A stretch of DNA of 42,859 nucleotides from Clostridia bacterium (GTDB taxonomy: Bacteria; Bacillota; Clostridia; Oscillospirales; QAMX01). This document shows positions 1 through 9,970 of this stretch, one piece after another. The stretch lies in NCBI GenBank assembly GCA_024404415.1, contig JAKSPX010000001.1, forward strand, positions 1-42,859, written 5' to 3'. Below the pieces are notes generated by a model that had not been told where the DNA came from, made no database searches, and was given only the letters and a program-made list of their open reading frames with translations. The stretch's first letter is position 1. Each line of letters begins with the position of its first letter. Made by a program: the position numbers and the translations under genes.

Positions 1-1408
1 CCCGTTCCCCGTCCTCTTCTCTCTTTCTGACCCGCATCTCCTCGTCCCTGGCGGGCGCCGCCGCCTCAAAATCCTCCCTTGCGGCCGCCTCTTCCTTGCT
101 TTTGACCGTCTCCGCGAGCCGTTCTTCCCACATGGAAAGCTCTTTTTCATCTGTTCCCGAGCGCATACGCGCCTGACTCGCGGCCTCGTCGATCAGGTCG
201 ATGGCTTTATCCGGCAAAAAGCGGTCATGGATATACCGCATGGAAAGCTCCAAGGCAGCTTTGATGGCCTCATCGGTGATCCTGACGCCGTGGTGGGCTT
301 CATAATGGGGTCGAAGTCCGCGGAGCATCTCCATGGCCGCCTCCGGCTCCGGCTCCCGCACTTCGACCTTGGAGAAGCGGCGCTCCAAAGCCGCGTCCTT
401 TTCCACCTTCTTCCGATACTCCGCAAGTGTCGTCGCGCCGATCACCTGCAATTCGCCGCGCGCAAGCATGGGCTTGAGGATGTTCGCCGCGTCAATGGCC
501 CCGTCCGCACCGCCCGCGCCGACCAGATTGTGTATTTCGTCGATGAACAAAATCACGTTGCCGTGTTTCACGCACTCCCTTACGATCAGGCGCATCCGTT
601 CCTCAAATTCGCCGCGATATTTCGTGCCCGCGATGACCGCCGCGATGTCCAGGCTGAAGATCACCTTATCCTGCATCTCCTCCGGCACCGCGCCTTCCGA
701 GATGGCCTGCGCCAGCCCTTCCACGACGGCGGTCTTGCCGACGCCCGGCTCTCCGACCAGGCAGGGGTTATTCTTGCTTCTGCGGCAGAGGATGCGCACC
801 AACTGGTCGATCTCCTTTTCCCGCCCGATCACGGGATCCAGCCTTCCGAGAAAGGCTTCCGCCGTGAGATCCCTGCCGCACTTTTCCAGTTCGCCCCGTA
901 TCGGCTCCGGCGTGCGGTGGAGCTTCCCCGTTTTGCCCGCTGCCGCTTCTTTTCCCACTTCCTCCGCGCCGAAATTCATCATGGCATAGACCTCTTCCGC
1001 AAGTGCATTCGGTGCGACACCGGCTTCCCTGAGCATTCCGAGCGCCGTGTTCTCTCCCTCCCGGAGTATACCGAGGAGCAGATGCTCGCAGCCGATCTTC
1101 TTTTTCCCGAAATTTCCGGCCTCCGCCCCGGCCAGTTCAATGATCCTTCTGCAGCGCGGCGTCATACCCTGCGGCAGCATGGTCGGGTCGCCCCGCCCGA
1201 CGTGCGTCACGATGCGCTCCTCCAGCCCCTTTTCCTCCACCGCATGGCTTTGAAGCGCCATGTAGGAAAGCGTATCCCCCGCGCGCAGGATGCCGATGAC
1301 CAGATGCTCGCTTCCGACGAAGCCGTGCCCGAGCTTTTTTGCCTCCTTGTAACTCTCCGCCAGCGCCTTTTGTGCCTCCTGCGTAAACCCGCGATTCCGT
1401 TCTTCCAC
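1..1408 (-). CDS. clpC: ATP-dependent Clp protease ATP-binding subunit ClpC (N-terminal ~469 codons; 3' end runs off window start)
   Basis: Minus-strand frame is open from GTG at 1408 (GGAAGGA RBS ~7 nt upstream) to the window edge. My translation shows Clp_N repeats (FTQEAQKAL..GSEHLVIGIL), Walker A GEPGVGKT, Walker B ILFIDEIHNLVGAG, FLPDKAIDLIDEA and a UVR-like EDFEAAA..RDEE. It is absent from the ORF track because there is no stop in the window. Confidence 0.85.
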   Translation of the reverse strand, partial: MEERNRGFTQEAQKALAESYKEAKKLGHGFVGSEHLVIGILRAGDTLSYMALQSHAVEEKGLEERIVTHVGRGDPTMLPQGMTPRCRRIIELAGAEAGNFGKKKIGCEHLLLGILREGENTALGMLREAGVAPNALAEEVYAMMNFGAEEVGKEAAAGKTGKLHRTPEPIRGELEKCGRDLTAEAFLGRLDPVIGREKEIDQLVRILCRRSKNNPCLVGEPGVGKTAVVEGLAQAISEGAVPEEMQDKVIFSLDIAAVIAGTKYRGEFEERMRLIVRECVKHGNVILFIDEIHNLVGAGGADGAIDAANILKPMLARGELQVIGATTLAEYRKKVEKDAALERRFSKVEVREPEPEAAMEMLRGLRPHYEAHHGVRITDEAIKAALELSMRYIHDRFLPDKAIDLIDEAASQARMRSGTDEKELSMWEERLAETVKSKEEAAAREDFEAAAPARDEEMRVRKREEDGER

Positions 1409-1492
1409 GCCCAAATCCTTCCTTATCCCGTGATCCGTTACTGCCAGTATAAACCAATTTATATTTATTTATTCTTTTTTTCAATTTAGGTG

Positions 1493-1520
1493 TTGATTTT
1501 TTCTATCTTTGTGATACAAT
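1493..1520 (+). promoter_or_regulatory. Putative sigma-A promoter for the ferredoxin gene (TTGATT-16-TGaTACAAT)
   Basis: -35 TTGATT at 1493-1498, extended -10 TGATACAAT ending at 1520, ~33 nt upstream of the ATG at 1553. Confidence 0.45.
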
Positions 1521-1528
1521 GAAAGTGA

Positions 1529-1726
<198 letters not shown>

Positions 1727-1746
1727 GATTCCTTTTGGGTACACAT

Positions 1747-1778
1747 CGGAGCCGCGTTCCCGCGGCTCCGATTTTTTT
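1747..1778 (+). terminator. Rho-independent terminator after the ferredoxin gene
   Basis: Perfect 10-bp stem CGGAGCCGCG/CGCGGCTCCG, loop TTCC, followed by ATTTTTTT. Confidence 0.8.
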
Positions 1779-1798
1779 AGGAAGCAGGGAGGAAACGT

Positions 1799-2500
1799 GT
1801 GGCAGCTAAGATAGAGGATCTCGGTGTTTTCGGTCTCAAGTTCATACAACCCGAAGGTGTGGAAAAATTCGGCACCGATTCCATTCTGCTCTCGGACTTC
1901 GCCGCGCGAAAGCTCCGTCCCGCCTTCCGCGTCGCCGATCTCTGCTCCGGGAGCGGCATTATTGCCCTGCTGCTCGCCGCGCGTCACCCTGCGTACGTCG
2001 CGTCCGTCGAGCTTGATCCCGAAGCCGCCGAAGCGGCCAGGGAAAACGCCCGTCTCAACCATCTCCCCATCGACATACTCTCTGCCGACATCCGCTCGGC
2101 GCCTCTGCCCCCCTCATCCTTTGATATGGTCACCTGCAACCCGCCATATTTTCAGGCTTCAAGTAAGGTCAGCCCCGACGAAAAGCGCCGTCAGGCGAGA
2201 ACTGACGCGGAATGCACCTTCTTTGACGTCGCCGGATCTGCATCCCGCCTACTCAAATACGGTGGTACCTTCTTCGCCGTCTACCGTCCCGAACGCCTGA
2301 CCGACGCCCTGACAGCCATGCGGCAGTGTGATCTGGAGCCGAAGACGCTCCGCTTCGTCGCCCACACCACAGAAAAAGCCCCCTTTGCCGTGCTTTTGGA
2401 GGGCAAAAAGGGCGCGCATCCCGGCATGACCGTCGCGCCGCCCCTCACCATGCAGAGCGAGGCAGCGCACGTGATCTACCGGGGCCGCCAATTCCACTAA
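1799..2500 (+). CDS. SAM-dependent methyltransferase, tRNA (adenine-N6)-methyltransferase TrmN6/YfiC-like
   Basis: GTG start with GGGAGG RBS. SAM motif DLCSGSGIIALLLA, acidic VELD and catalytic NPPYF motif. Sits directly upstream of rsmI, as yabB-type genes do in Firmicutes. Confidence 0.7.
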   Translation: MAAKIEDLGVFGLKFIQPEGVEKFGTDSILLSDFAARKLRPAFRVADLCSGSGIIALLLAARHPAYVASVELDPEAAEAARENARLNHLPIDILSADIRSAPLPPSSFDMVTCNPPYFQASSKVSPDEKRRQARTDAECTFFDVAGSASRLLKYGGTFFAVYRPERLTDALTAMRQCDLEPKTLRFVAHTTEKAPFAVLLEGKKGAHPGMTVAPPLTMQSEAAHVIYRGRQFH

Positions 2501-2511
2501 GAGGAAACAAC

Positions 2512-3282
2512 ATGGAAATAGAAAAGAACACCTTATACGTCGTCACCACGCCCATCGGCAATCTGGCCGACATGACGCCCCGCGCCATCGAAGTGCTCGG
2601 CAAGGTCGACTTTGTCGCCGCCGAGGACACCCGCGTGGGCGGCAGTCTGCTTGCACACTTTGACATTCACAAGCCTCTCGTCAGTTATTACGAGCACAAC
2701 AAGCGCGAGCGCGGCGAGATCATTACCGCCCGCATCCTCGCGGGCGAATCCTGCGCCCTCATCACTGACGCAGGCACCCCCGCCGTCTCCGACCCCGGCG
2801 AGGATCTGGCCGCTCTGTGCGTGGAAAAGGGCATCAAGGTCTCGCCGATCCCCGGCGTCAGTGCCCTCATCACGGCGCTCTCAGCCTCCGGCATGCCCTC
2901 CGGCCGCTTCTGCTTTGAGGGCTTCCTCTCGGTCAACAAAAAATCCCGCCGGGAGCATCTGGCTTCGCTGAAGGACGAGATGCGCACCATGATCTTTTAC
3001 GAAGCGCCGCACAAGCTCACTACCACGCTGGATGACCTCTACGCCGCCTTCGGCGACCGCAAGCTGGTGATGGCACGCGAATTGACCAAACTGCACGAGG
3101 AATTCATCCACACGACGCTTGCCGGTGCGGTAGAATTATATAAAGAGACCTCCCCGCGCGGCGAATACGTTTTGATCCTCGCGGGCAAGGAAAAAGAAGA
3201 GACCGAGACGCTTTCCCGCAACGAGCGCTACAAATTAAAGCTTGAGGAAAAGCGCCGTGCCCTTGAAAACGAAGATGAATGA
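2512..3282 (+). CDS. rsmI: 16S rRNA (cytidine1402-2'-O)-methyltransferase RsmI
   Basis: Tetrapyrrole-methylase-like N-terminus LYVVTTPIGNLADMTPRAIEVL..VAAEDTR, ITDAGTPAVSDPG and FYEAPHKL motifs typical of RsmI. Confidence 0.9.
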   Translation: MEIEKNTLYVVTTPIGNLADMTPRAIEVLGKVDFVAAEDTRVGGSLLAHFDIHKPLVSYYEHNKRERGEIITARILAGESCALITDAGTPAVSDPGEDLAALCVEKGIKVSPIPGVSALITALSASGMPSGRFCFEGFLSVNKKSRREHLASLKDEMRTMIFYEAPHKLTTTLDDLYAAFGDRKLVMARELTKLHEEFIHTTLAGAVELYKETSPRGEYVLILAGKEKEETETLSRNERYKLKLEEKRRALENEDE

Positions 3283-3326
3283 AAAAAGAGCGCCATGCAA
3301 ACTGAGTTTGCGCGGCGTTCTTTTTA
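3282..3326. terminator. Bidirectional terminator-like hairpin between convergent rsmI and the AraC-family gene
   Basis: 16-nt arms 3287-3302/3306-3321 with 13/16 pairing, flanked by an A-run upstream and TTTTT downstream. Confidence 0.55.
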
Positions 3327-3332
3327 TGATGT

Positions 3333-4232
3333 TTACTTTTTCTTCACCGGGATCCAGACGGCTGAATGATAATCGGGATCGGACTTTTCTCCGTTCATAC
3401 AGTCGTACCATTCCACATTGACGTTTCCGCACATCTCGTAATCCGGGTTGCCCGGCAGCCATTCCCGGAATATGCGGTCATTCAAAGACTGCAGTGCATC
3501 CGGAATGGCGCCCACACAATCAAAAATCGCCCAATCCCCCCGCGGGAATTCATAAAGCATCATACCCTCCGGCACCTCGCCGCCGGTATATCTGCCCGCG
3601 ATCATATAAAGGAACCTGCCTTTGCCCGCGAGGGACTCATCGTCGATGCAGACGCCGTATTCGCCGATGCAGTTGTCCATCAGGGCCTTTTCATACGCAT
3701 TGGCCGGAGGATTCCCGGCATAGACGTTCTTCGCGTATTTCTCGCAGGTCTCGTCCCAGAAACGGGGGATCCCCGCATGGGCATCCTCACCCGAGAACGA
3801 TTTCACAAAGCCGATCACCTTAAACCCAAATAGATTTCTGATTTTGTACTCCATCATAGTGCCTCCCTGAATGTCTATCTTGATCGTCAGCGGAAGAAAA
3901 GGTTTTATGGGTGCTCCCTGCCTGACCTCGGTCGGGGTGGCCTCATGAAAGCGGGTAAAGGCGCGTGTGAAGCTTTCCGGCGTTTCATAGCCGCAATCGA
4001 GCGCCGCGTCGATCACCCTTTTCCCGTGATCACGGATATCAATGGCCGCCAGATACAGTCTGCGGTTGCGGATATACTCCATCACGGAAAAGCCGGTCAT
4101 CACCTGGAAGCCTTTCTGAAAATGGACCTGAGAAAGATACACCTCTTCGGAAACATTCACAGCACTGATGTCCTCCCAGAGGTGTCCTTCCATATACGCC
4201 AACGCTTTTCGGATCGTGTCCAGCCAGTCCAT
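3333..4232 (-). CDS. AraC family transcriptional regulator with GyrI-like effector-binding domain
   Basis: N-terminal HTH_18 (YLSQVHFQKGFQVMTGFSVMEYIRNRRL...GYETPESFTRAFTRFHEATPTE) and a C-terminal GyrI-like region. Start placed at ATG 4232 (AGAGGAAAAGG RBS) rather than track start 4268, which has no RBS. Confidence 0.8.
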   Translation of the reverse strand: MDWLDTIRKALAYMEGHLWEDISAVNVSEEVYLSQVHFQKGFQVMTGFSVMEYIRNRRLYLAAIDIRDHGKRVIDAALDCGYETPESFTRAFTRFHEATPTEVRQGAPIKPFLPLTIKIDIQGGTMMEYKIRNLFGFKVIGFVKSFSGEDAHAGIPRFWDETCEKYAKNVYAGNPPANAYEKALMDNCIGEYGVCIDDESLAGKGRFLYMIAGRYTGGEVPEGMMLYEFPRGDWAIFDCVGAIPDALQSLNDRIFREWLPGNPDYEMCGNVNVEWYDCMNGEKSDPDYHSAVWIPVKKK

Positions 4233-4321
4233 GTCCTTTTCCTCTTTCTTCCTTACTGCAAGAACCATTATACAGGGTCATGCGCTATCCTGCCTGACTA
4301 TTTTTATCCCGTTTTGTCCGT

Positions 4322-4354
4322 TATAAATAAGGGGAGTGTCCTCAGACGCTCCCC
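4322..4354 (-). terminator. Rho-independent terminator after the esterase/abfA operon
   Basis: Minus strand GGGGAGCGUC-UGAG-GACACUCCCC (9/10 bp) followed by UUAUUUAU, just downstream of the stop at 4361. Confidence 0.65.
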
Positions 4355-4360
4355 GTGTTT

Positions 4361-5383
4361 TCATAACATTTCTTCGATGGCTTCCCACGCCTCTTTGGCA
4401 TAGAAGCGATGTCCTTCGCCGCCGACGATCAGGCGGCAGTTTTCTTCTTTCCCGGCCGCTTTGAAGACCGACTTGATGGTCGCAAACTCTTTCTGCACAC
4501 CAGGCTGCGGGAAGATCGGGTCATGAAGGCCCGAGACCACGATCAGCTTGCGCGGCGCGATGGTCAGGGCGAGGTCGCCCATGTCGAAATTCTCCGCAAT
4601 GTGCGGAATGAAATTGCAGACGCAGTGCTCCATCGCCCCGATGGAATCCTTATAGGAGCAAACAGCGCAGGAAGGCACCGCAAGCCTGATGCGCTCCTCC
4701 ATGCAGGCGGCATAATAAGTCGTGGTGCCGCCGCCGGAGTTGCCCATGCAGCCGATGCGGTCTCCGTCGATCTCCGGGAAGGTCACGAGCACGTCAATGG
4801 CGCGCGAAACATCCCACACGCGCTCACCGATCATGGTGCGCCCCAGAAGAAGGGCGTTCATGCTGGGAACGTGGCAGCGCGGGCGCGTCGGCGTATCCTC
4901 GGTGTCACCCTCCATCGGGATGATGCGCTCGCCCATGGCCCGCTGTTCCAATGAAAAGGCCGCCACACCGTGTTTGATACACTGCACGGCGAAATCGCGG
5001 TCACCGCCGCCGATGCTCTTTTCATCTCCCGGGTAGATCGCCCGGCCCATGGAAATGTGCATCCCGGTCGAGTGCCCCTGCAGACACACGAAGCACGGCA
5101 CCTTGCCCTCTGCCTTTTTCGGAAGCCAGAGGTGTCCGATGGCGTCCACGTCCTTTTCCACCGTGAAGCGGATGCGCTTTTCGACGAAATCATCAAATTC
5201 CTTCGTGAATTCCACGCGGATATTGGCTTCGACCTTCTCCGGCTCTTTGCCGAGCAGTTCACGGAGCTTTTCTTTCGCCGCCTTCTGCTGAGAAGCCAGT
5301 TCCTTTTCCGGATCGAAGGCATAAAGAGGCTTTCCCTCTATGAATACGCGCTGATGCGCGCCGTCGGGAGAAATCAATTTCAT
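4361..5383 (-). CDS. Alpha/beta hydrolase, acetyl-xylan-esterase-like
   Basis: Nucleophile elbow GNSGGG, later D and H (GEGHRF) residues, ~340 aa. ATGA overlap with the upstream gene stop (5380-5383). Confidence 0.7.
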   Translation of the reverse strand: MKLISPDGAHQRVFIEGKPLYAFDPEKELASQQKAAKEKLRELLGKEPEKVEANIRVEFTKEFDDFVEKRIRFTVEKDVDAIGHLWLPKKAEGKVPCFVCLQGHSTGMHISMGRAIYPGDEKSIGGGDRDFAVQCIKHGVAAFSLEQRAMGERIIPMEGDTEDTPTRPRCHVPSMNALLLGRTMIGERVWDVSRAIDVLVTFPEIDGDRIGCMGNSGGGTTTYYAACMEERIRLAVPSCAVCSYKDSIGAMEHCVCNFIPHIAENFDMGDLALTIAPRKLIVVSGLHDPIFPQPGVQKEFATIKSVFKAAGKEENCRLIVGGEGHRFYAKEAWEAIEEML

Positions 5384-6108
5384 TTGGTGACCTCCTCCAG
5401 ATAGTCCATGATCTCCGCCGGGTCCTCAAGACCGTGCGGATGATGGTCACAGCCCTTTTTCCCGACTACCTTGAGTGTGATGCCAGCTTCCCGGTAGGCT
5501 TTTTCGAGATGAATGCCGTTTTCATGGTACGGAACGGTGTTATCACTATCGCCATAGACCATCAACGCAGGGATCTTATGCTCAATGAGCAGCCCCAGAC
5601 GATCCATCGGCTGATTGCGCCAACCGATCAGTTCGGAAATGGTCATACCGGTCGCACCGAGGAATTCGTCCCACATACCTTCCCGCGCCTGGTCGGGTCT
5701 GCCGACTCTGCCGGGGCAGCTCAGGAAATTCATGACCGGCGCATCCAGATAGAGCGCCGCGACCTTTTCAGGATATTCGGCGGCGAGGATCACCGCCTGC
5801 ATACCGCCGCAGCTCATGCCGACCGGGACGCACTTTTCGGAAAGCCCATAGGTTTTCGCAACATAATCGACAAAGCGCGTCTGACGATCACGCACGTCGT
5901 CGGTGCCCCAGCGGTTGTCGTTTTTCACGTAAGCCAGGTGCCAGCCGCGCTTCAAGCCCTCGATCTCCGCGTTCGGAAACGCCCCGAAATACTCGGTTTT
6001 ATAAAGCCAGCGCCCCTGGGGATCCTTCTTTTCCGGGAAAACGATCAAAGCTTCATGGTCTTCAAAGGTAAAGTGCTCCATCCTGAAGCCGTTCCAGAGT
6101 TCTTCCAT
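5380..6108 (-). CDS. Alpha/beta hydrolase (esterase-like)
   Basis: GxSxG elbow GMSCGG, YGDSDNTVP and DHHPH near the C-terminus. Start set at ATG 6108 (GAGGAGGAAAAGACG upstream) rather than 6132, which overlaps the abfA stop. Confidence 0.65.
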   Translation of the reverse strand: MEELWNGFRMEHFTFEDHEALIVFPEKKDPQGRWLYKTEYFGAFPNAEIEGLKRGWHLAYVKNDNRWGTDDVRDRQTRFVDYVAKTYGLSEKCVPVGMSCGGMQAVILAAEYPEKVAALYLDAPVMNFLSCPGRVGRPDQAREGMWDEFLGATGMTISELIGWRNQPMDRLGLLIEHKIPALMVYGDSDNTVPYHENGIHLEKAYREAGITLKVVGKKGCDHHPHGLEDPAEIMDYLEEVTK

Positions 6109-6121
6109 CGTCTTTTCCTCC

Positions 6122-7600
6122 TCAGTCCGCAAGCTTGGCCGAAAGCGTCACGACTGCGCCGTGCGGAAGTACAAGCGTACCATCAAAATCAGCGATTTCT
6201 TTTGTGATCGGCCTGACCTTTTCGGGTTCTTCAAAGGTATTGTGTGCGGTGAGGTCGTCTGAAGCCATGGTGATCACCGTCGCCTTGCCCGCAAACTTGC
6301 CGCCGAGCACTTCTATCGCAACGACTTTATCCTCTTTATAGTCGATATTCGCTGCAGTCAGCGTGAAAACGCCGTCCTTGACCGAGGCAGAGACCGAAAT
6401 ACCCGGTAAACCGTCGGTGCAGGCCGCACTCTCCGCGATCGTTCTGACCGCCTCCGCGCCCTGATGCGCTTTGAACATATTGAAAACATGATAGGTCGGC
6501 GTGACGATGCAGTTTTCACCGCCCGCAAGGAAGAGGGCGTGAAGGTTATTGACCAACTGCGCCACCGTGGCGAGCTTGACCTTGTCGCATTCGTTGTTGA
6601 AAATGTTGAGGGTCAAAGCTGAAAGAACGGCGTCGCGCATGGTGCTCTGCTGCTCAAAGAGGTTAAAGCCCTTGCTCGGGCCGCTGCCGCCGCGGTGCCA
6701 GGCGCCCCACTCGTCGACGCAGAGCCCGGCGCGCTTCTCTTCCTTATAAGAAAGCGCCGTGCCCCAATGTCGCTCGATAAGTTCCTGCATCCTATTGGCA
6801 TTACCGAGCAGGCAATACCACTCTTCCTCATTGAAGTTGACCGGATCCTCGTTCTTGCCGTTGCTGTAATGGTGGAAGGACATACCGTCCATAAAAGAAG
6901 TATTGTTGACGGTTTTCAGAAGATCCTGCGTCCAGTGATAATCGCCGCCGCTCGCCCCCGACGCGATCAGCTCAATGGACGGGTCGGTGTTGTGCATGAT
7001 CTCGGCATAGCGGCGGTACTGCAGTGCATAGGATTCCGGCGTCATGTTGCCGCCGCCGCCCCAAGTCTCGTTGCCAACACCCCAGTATTTCACGCCGTAG
7101 GGTTCCTTGTGGCCGTTTTTCTCCCTGAGCTTCGCCATGGTCGTCGTACCGGCCGGCGAATTGCAGTAGTCGATCCAGTCGCGGATGTCCAGCGGGGTGG
7201 TCGTGGTGATATTGGCCGCGAAATACGGCTCCGCCTCACACATGCGGCAGAAATCCATAAATTCATCGGTACCCACCTGATTGGGTTCATAGCGGTGATC
7301 GTTGACCGTCCACCAGTTGATGCGCACAGGCCGGTCCTCCTTGGGGCCGATGCCATCGCGCCAGTCGTAGATCTCGGCAAAGCAGCCGCCCGGCCAACGG
7401 ATGAGCGGGATCTTCGCCTCTTTGATTTTGTCGATGATGAACTTGCGGAAGCCGTGGATGTTTTCCGCCTTGGCGTCTTCGCCGACGTAGATGCCGTCAT
7501 AGATGACACCGCCGATGTGTTCGGAGAACACACCGTAGATCAGAGGAGATATCGTGCCCAGCTTTTCGGGCAGCACCGCGTAGATTTTTTCCATAATCAT
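6122..7600 (-). CDS. abfA: Alpha-L-arabinofuranosidase, GH51
   Basis: IYGVFSEHIGG, IRWPGGCFAEIYDWRDGIGP and YWGVGNETWG (acid/base Glu context) are characteristic of GH51 AbfA; ~490 aa. Confidence 0.9.
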   Translation of the reverse strand: MIMEKIYAVLPEKLGTISPLIYGVFSEHIGGVIYDGIYVGEDAKAENIHGFRKFIIDKIKEAKIPLIRWPGGCFAEIYDWRDGIGPKEDRPVRINWWTVNDHRYEPNQVGTDEFMDFCRMCEAEPYFAANITTTTPLDIRDWIDYCNSPAGTTTMAKLREKNGHKEPYGVKYWGVGNETWGGGGNMTPESYALQYRRYAEIMHNTDPSIELIASGASGGDYHWTQDLLKTVNNTSFMDGMSFHHYSNGKNEDPVNFNEEEWYCLLGNANRMQELIERHWGTALSYKEEKRAGLCVDEWGAWHRGGSGPSKGFNLFEQQSTMRDAVLSALTLNIFNNECDKVKLATVAQLVNNLHALFLAGGENCIVTPTYHVFNMFKAHQGAEAVRTIAESAACTDGLPGISVSASVKDGVFTLTAANIDYKEDKVVAIEVLGGKFAGKATVITMASDDLTAHNTFEEPEKVRPITKEIADFDGTLVLPHGAVVTLSAKLAD

Positions 7601-7626
7601 TTCGCCTTCCTTAAAAGTGTAGTTTC

Positions 7627-7655
7627 ATTCTATCATAGCCTTTTCCGCTTGTCAA
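7627..7655 (-). promoter_or_regulatory. Putative promoter of the abfA-esterase operon (TTGACA-17-TAGAAT)
   Basis: Minus strand has TTGACA (7655-7650), a 17-nt spacer ending TGA, and TAGAAT (7632-7627), ~27 nt upstream of the start at 7600. Confidence 0.5.
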
Positions 7656-7672
7656 AAGCTTTTCCCCGAATC

Positions 7673-7701
7673 TTGCTTTTTTTCAAACCTCAGATTATAA
7701 T
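7673..7701 (+). promoter_or_regulatory. Putative promoter of the SDR gene (TTGCTT-17-TATAAT)
   Basis: TTGCTT at 7673-7678 and TATAAT at 7696-7701; divergent from the abfA promoter. Confidence 0.4.
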
Positions 7702-7732
7702 ATATCCATCAACATGACGGAGGTACTTTCAA

Positions 7733-8473
7733 ATGCTTCGAGGAAACCGCGCCATTGTCACCGGTGCCAGCCGCGGGATCGGTTTCGCTATCGCCCGTTC
7801 GCTTGCCAATGCCGGCTGTCGTGTGCTCATCACAGGGCGCAATATCGCCACCGTAAAAGCCACAGCCAAGGAGATCGGTCACGGCGACATCTCGTATGCC
7901 GTCGACAGCGTGAAACAAAAAGAGATCCCGGCTAAATTCGCCGAAGCGGCGTCTCTTCTCGGCGGTGTGGACATTCTGGTCAACAACGCCGGTCTTTTTG
8001 CCCAGCGAAACGAATGGGACAGTGATTCTCTCCTTTCCACCACGCTTGCCGAATGGCAGAAGGTCATGGACGTCAACCTCTCCGCCGTCTTCTTCTCCAT
8101 GCAGACGGCCGTCAGATATATGCGCGAAAACAAGATCAAGGGCAACATTCTCAACGTGACCTCGGTCGCGGGATACGAGCCCACCAACGGTGCCTACGGC
8201 GCTTCCAAGATCGCCGCCACCGGCCTGACGCGCGGCTGGGGTAAGCGTTTTGCGTCGGAAGGGATCGTCATCAACGGCATCGCTCCCGGCCCGGTCGCCA
8301 CCGAAATGAACGGCTGGCACGAGGGAGATCCCATGGAGCACGACCGCATTCCCTTCGGCCGTTTTGCCACCATCGACGAGATCGCCTCTTTGGCCATGCA
8401 CCTTCTGAGCAAGGAAGCGGAAATGATCTGCGGCGAAACCGTCGTTTTGGACGGCGCTTACGCCATCCGTTGA
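7733..8473 (+). CDS. SDR family oxidoreductase (FabG-like)
   Basis: TGASRGIG cofactor motif, NNAG, and S...YGASK catalytic tetrad context; 246 aa. Confidence 0.8.
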   Translation: MLRGNRAIVTGASRGIGFAIARSLANAGCRVLITGRNIATVKATAKEIGHGDISYAVDSVKQKEIPAKFAEAASLLGGVDILVNNAGLFAQRNEWDSDSLLSTTLAEWQKVMDVNLSAVFFSMQTAVRYMRENKIKGNILNVTSVAGYEPTNGAYGASKIAATGLTRGWGKRFASEGIVINGIAPGPVATEMNGWHEGDPMEHDRIPFGRFATIDEIASLAMHLLSKEAEMICGETVVLDGAYAIR

Positions 8474-8484
8474 AAACAACTATA

Positions 8485-8526
8485 GAAAAAAGCTGCTGCA
8501 ATTTTCATTGCAGCAGCTTTTTTATC
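8485..8526. terminator. Bidirectional rho-independent terminator between the SDR gene and rplQ
   Basis: AAAAAA-AGCTGCTGCA-loop-TGCAGCAGCT-TTTTTT; perfect 10-bp stem with an A-run and a T-run on either side. Confidence 0.8.
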
Positions 8527-8537
8527 AGCTATTCAGC

Positions 8538-8921
8538 TTATTTCGACTTTTTCTCGTCTTCCTTTTTGGTCTGCTCGTAGTTGACCAGTTCGATGATGGC
8601 CATTTCGGCAGCGTCACCGCGGCGAACGCCGGTACGGATCACGCGAGTATAACCGCCGTTTCTTTCGGCATAGAAGGGAGCGATCTCGTTGAAGAGCTTA
8701 TAAACCACGTCTTCCTTGGTGATGAAGGAGAAAGCCTGACGCTTGGAAGCAAGCGTGTTCGCTTTTCCGAGGGTAATCATTTTTTCAGCAAGAGGACGAA
8801 CCTCTTTGGCTCTGGTAACCGTGGTCTCTATTTTGCCGTTCTCAAGCAGATAGGTAACCATAGCGCGGAGCATCGCCATACGCTGATCGGTAGGTCTGCC
8901 GAGCTTGCGGGTTCCGGGCAT
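8538..8921 (-). CDS. rplQ: 50S ribosomal protein L17
   Basis: [21 protein letters not shown]...GGYTRV; last gene of the alpha operon. Confidence 0.95.
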   Translation of the reverse strand: MPGTRKLGRPTDQRMAMLRAMVTYLLENGKIETTVTRAKEVRPLAEKMITLGKANTLASKRQAFSFITKEDVVYKLFNEIAPFYAERNGGYTRVIRTGVRRGDAAEMAIIELVNYEQTKKEDEKKSK

Positions 8922-8956
8922 TTTGAAAACCTCCTTAAATTCATTTCATCAGAGAA

Positions 8957-9913
8957 TCAGTTTCCCTGATCTTCTTCTTTTTGCAGGGAAAGACCCATGG
9001 CGCTGAGCTTGTTGATGACTTCCTCCAGGGACTTGCGTCCGAGGTTGCGGACCTTCATCATATCTTCTTCAGTCATGCGGATAAGGTCTTCCACCGTGTT
9101 GATGTTTGCTCTTTTCAGGCAGTTGAACGATCTGACGGAGAGATCCAGCTCTTCGATCGTCATGCCGAGGGTAGAAGGCTTGGGTTCTTCATTGCCTTCC
9201 TCGGGCATCGGACGCGGAGCAATGTCGCCGGAAAGGGCGGCAAAATCAGAGAGCAGATCGATCAGGTGCTTGGCCGACCACGCCACTGCTTCCTGCGCGG
9301 TGAGGGTCTTGTCAGTCCAGACCTCAAGGGTCAGTTTATCAAGATCAACATCCTTACCGACACGGGTGTTTTCCACAGTGTAATTGACTTTCGTGACCGG
9401 AGTAAAAATCGAGTCTATCGGAATCAGTCCGATCGGCGCCTGCGCCGGCTTATTGCGTTCTGCGGGAACGTAGCCGTAACCCTGCGCCAAGGTGAGCTCC
9501 ATGTTCAGAGAAGCTCCTTCGGAAAGAGATGCGATAAGAAGATTCGGGTTAAGGATCTCCACTTCTGCGTCAGCCTTGATGTCGCCGGCTCTGACTTCGC
9601 AGGGACCGGTGGCTTCGATCGTCAGGGTCTTGGTAGTCGGGGCAAACAGGCGAGCTCTGATGGCTTTTACGTTTAATACGATCTCGGTGACATCCTCTTT
9701 GACACCGGGGATGGTCGAAAACTCATGCTGCACACCGGCGATCTTGATCGTGGTGATAGCCGTGCCGATGATGGACGACAGCAGCACACGTCTGAGTGAG
9801 TTGCCGAGGGTCGTGCCGTAACCTCTCTGAAGAGGCTCAACGACAAATTTTCCGTAGGAACCGTCGATTTCACTGCTGACACATTCAATATTAGGCTTCT
9901 TAATCTCTAACAA
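8957..9913 (-). CDS. rpoA: DNA-directed RNA polymerase subunit alpha
   Basis: FVVEPLQRGYGTTLGNSLRRVLLSS and the C-terminal domain ELDLSVRSFNCLKRANI. Start likely TTG 9913 (GGAGG 9 nt upstream, giving MLEIKKP, which aligns with the Bacillus N-terminus MIEIEKP). The track GTG at 9922 abuts the RBS. Confidence 0.93.
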   Translation of the reverse strand: MLEIKKPNIECVSSEIDGSYGKFVVEPLQRGYGTTLGNSLRRVLLSSIIGTAITTIKIAGVQHEFSTIPGVKEDVTEIVLNVKAIRARLFAPTTKTLTIEATGPCEVRAGDIKADAEVEILNPNLLIASLSEGASLNMELTLAQGYGYVPAERNKPAQAPIGLIPIDSIFTPVTKVNYTVENTRVGKDVDLDKLTLEVWTDKTLTAQEAVAWSAKHLIDLLSDFAALSGDIAPRPMPEEGNEEPKPSTLGMTIEELDLSVRSFNCLKRANINTVEDLIRMTEEDMMKVRNLGRKSLEEVINKLSAMGLSLQKEEDQGN

Positions 9914-9970
9914 ATCCTGCACCCTCCTTTATTGAGTTTTATGAACCACATGAAGTAAGCCGGATCAGGA

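Noticed and set aside
227-1489. 420-aa plus-strand ORF (and the nested ORF at 333-989)
   Set aside because: It lies antisense to a clearly recognisable clpC frame (Walker A/B and Clp_N motifs on the minus strand). The translation is Arg/His/Leu-rich shadow sequence with no RBS.
6695-8479. Plus ORF 6695-7717 and minus ORF 7709-8479
   Set aside because: They are antisense shadows of abfA (GH51) and the SDR gene respectively.
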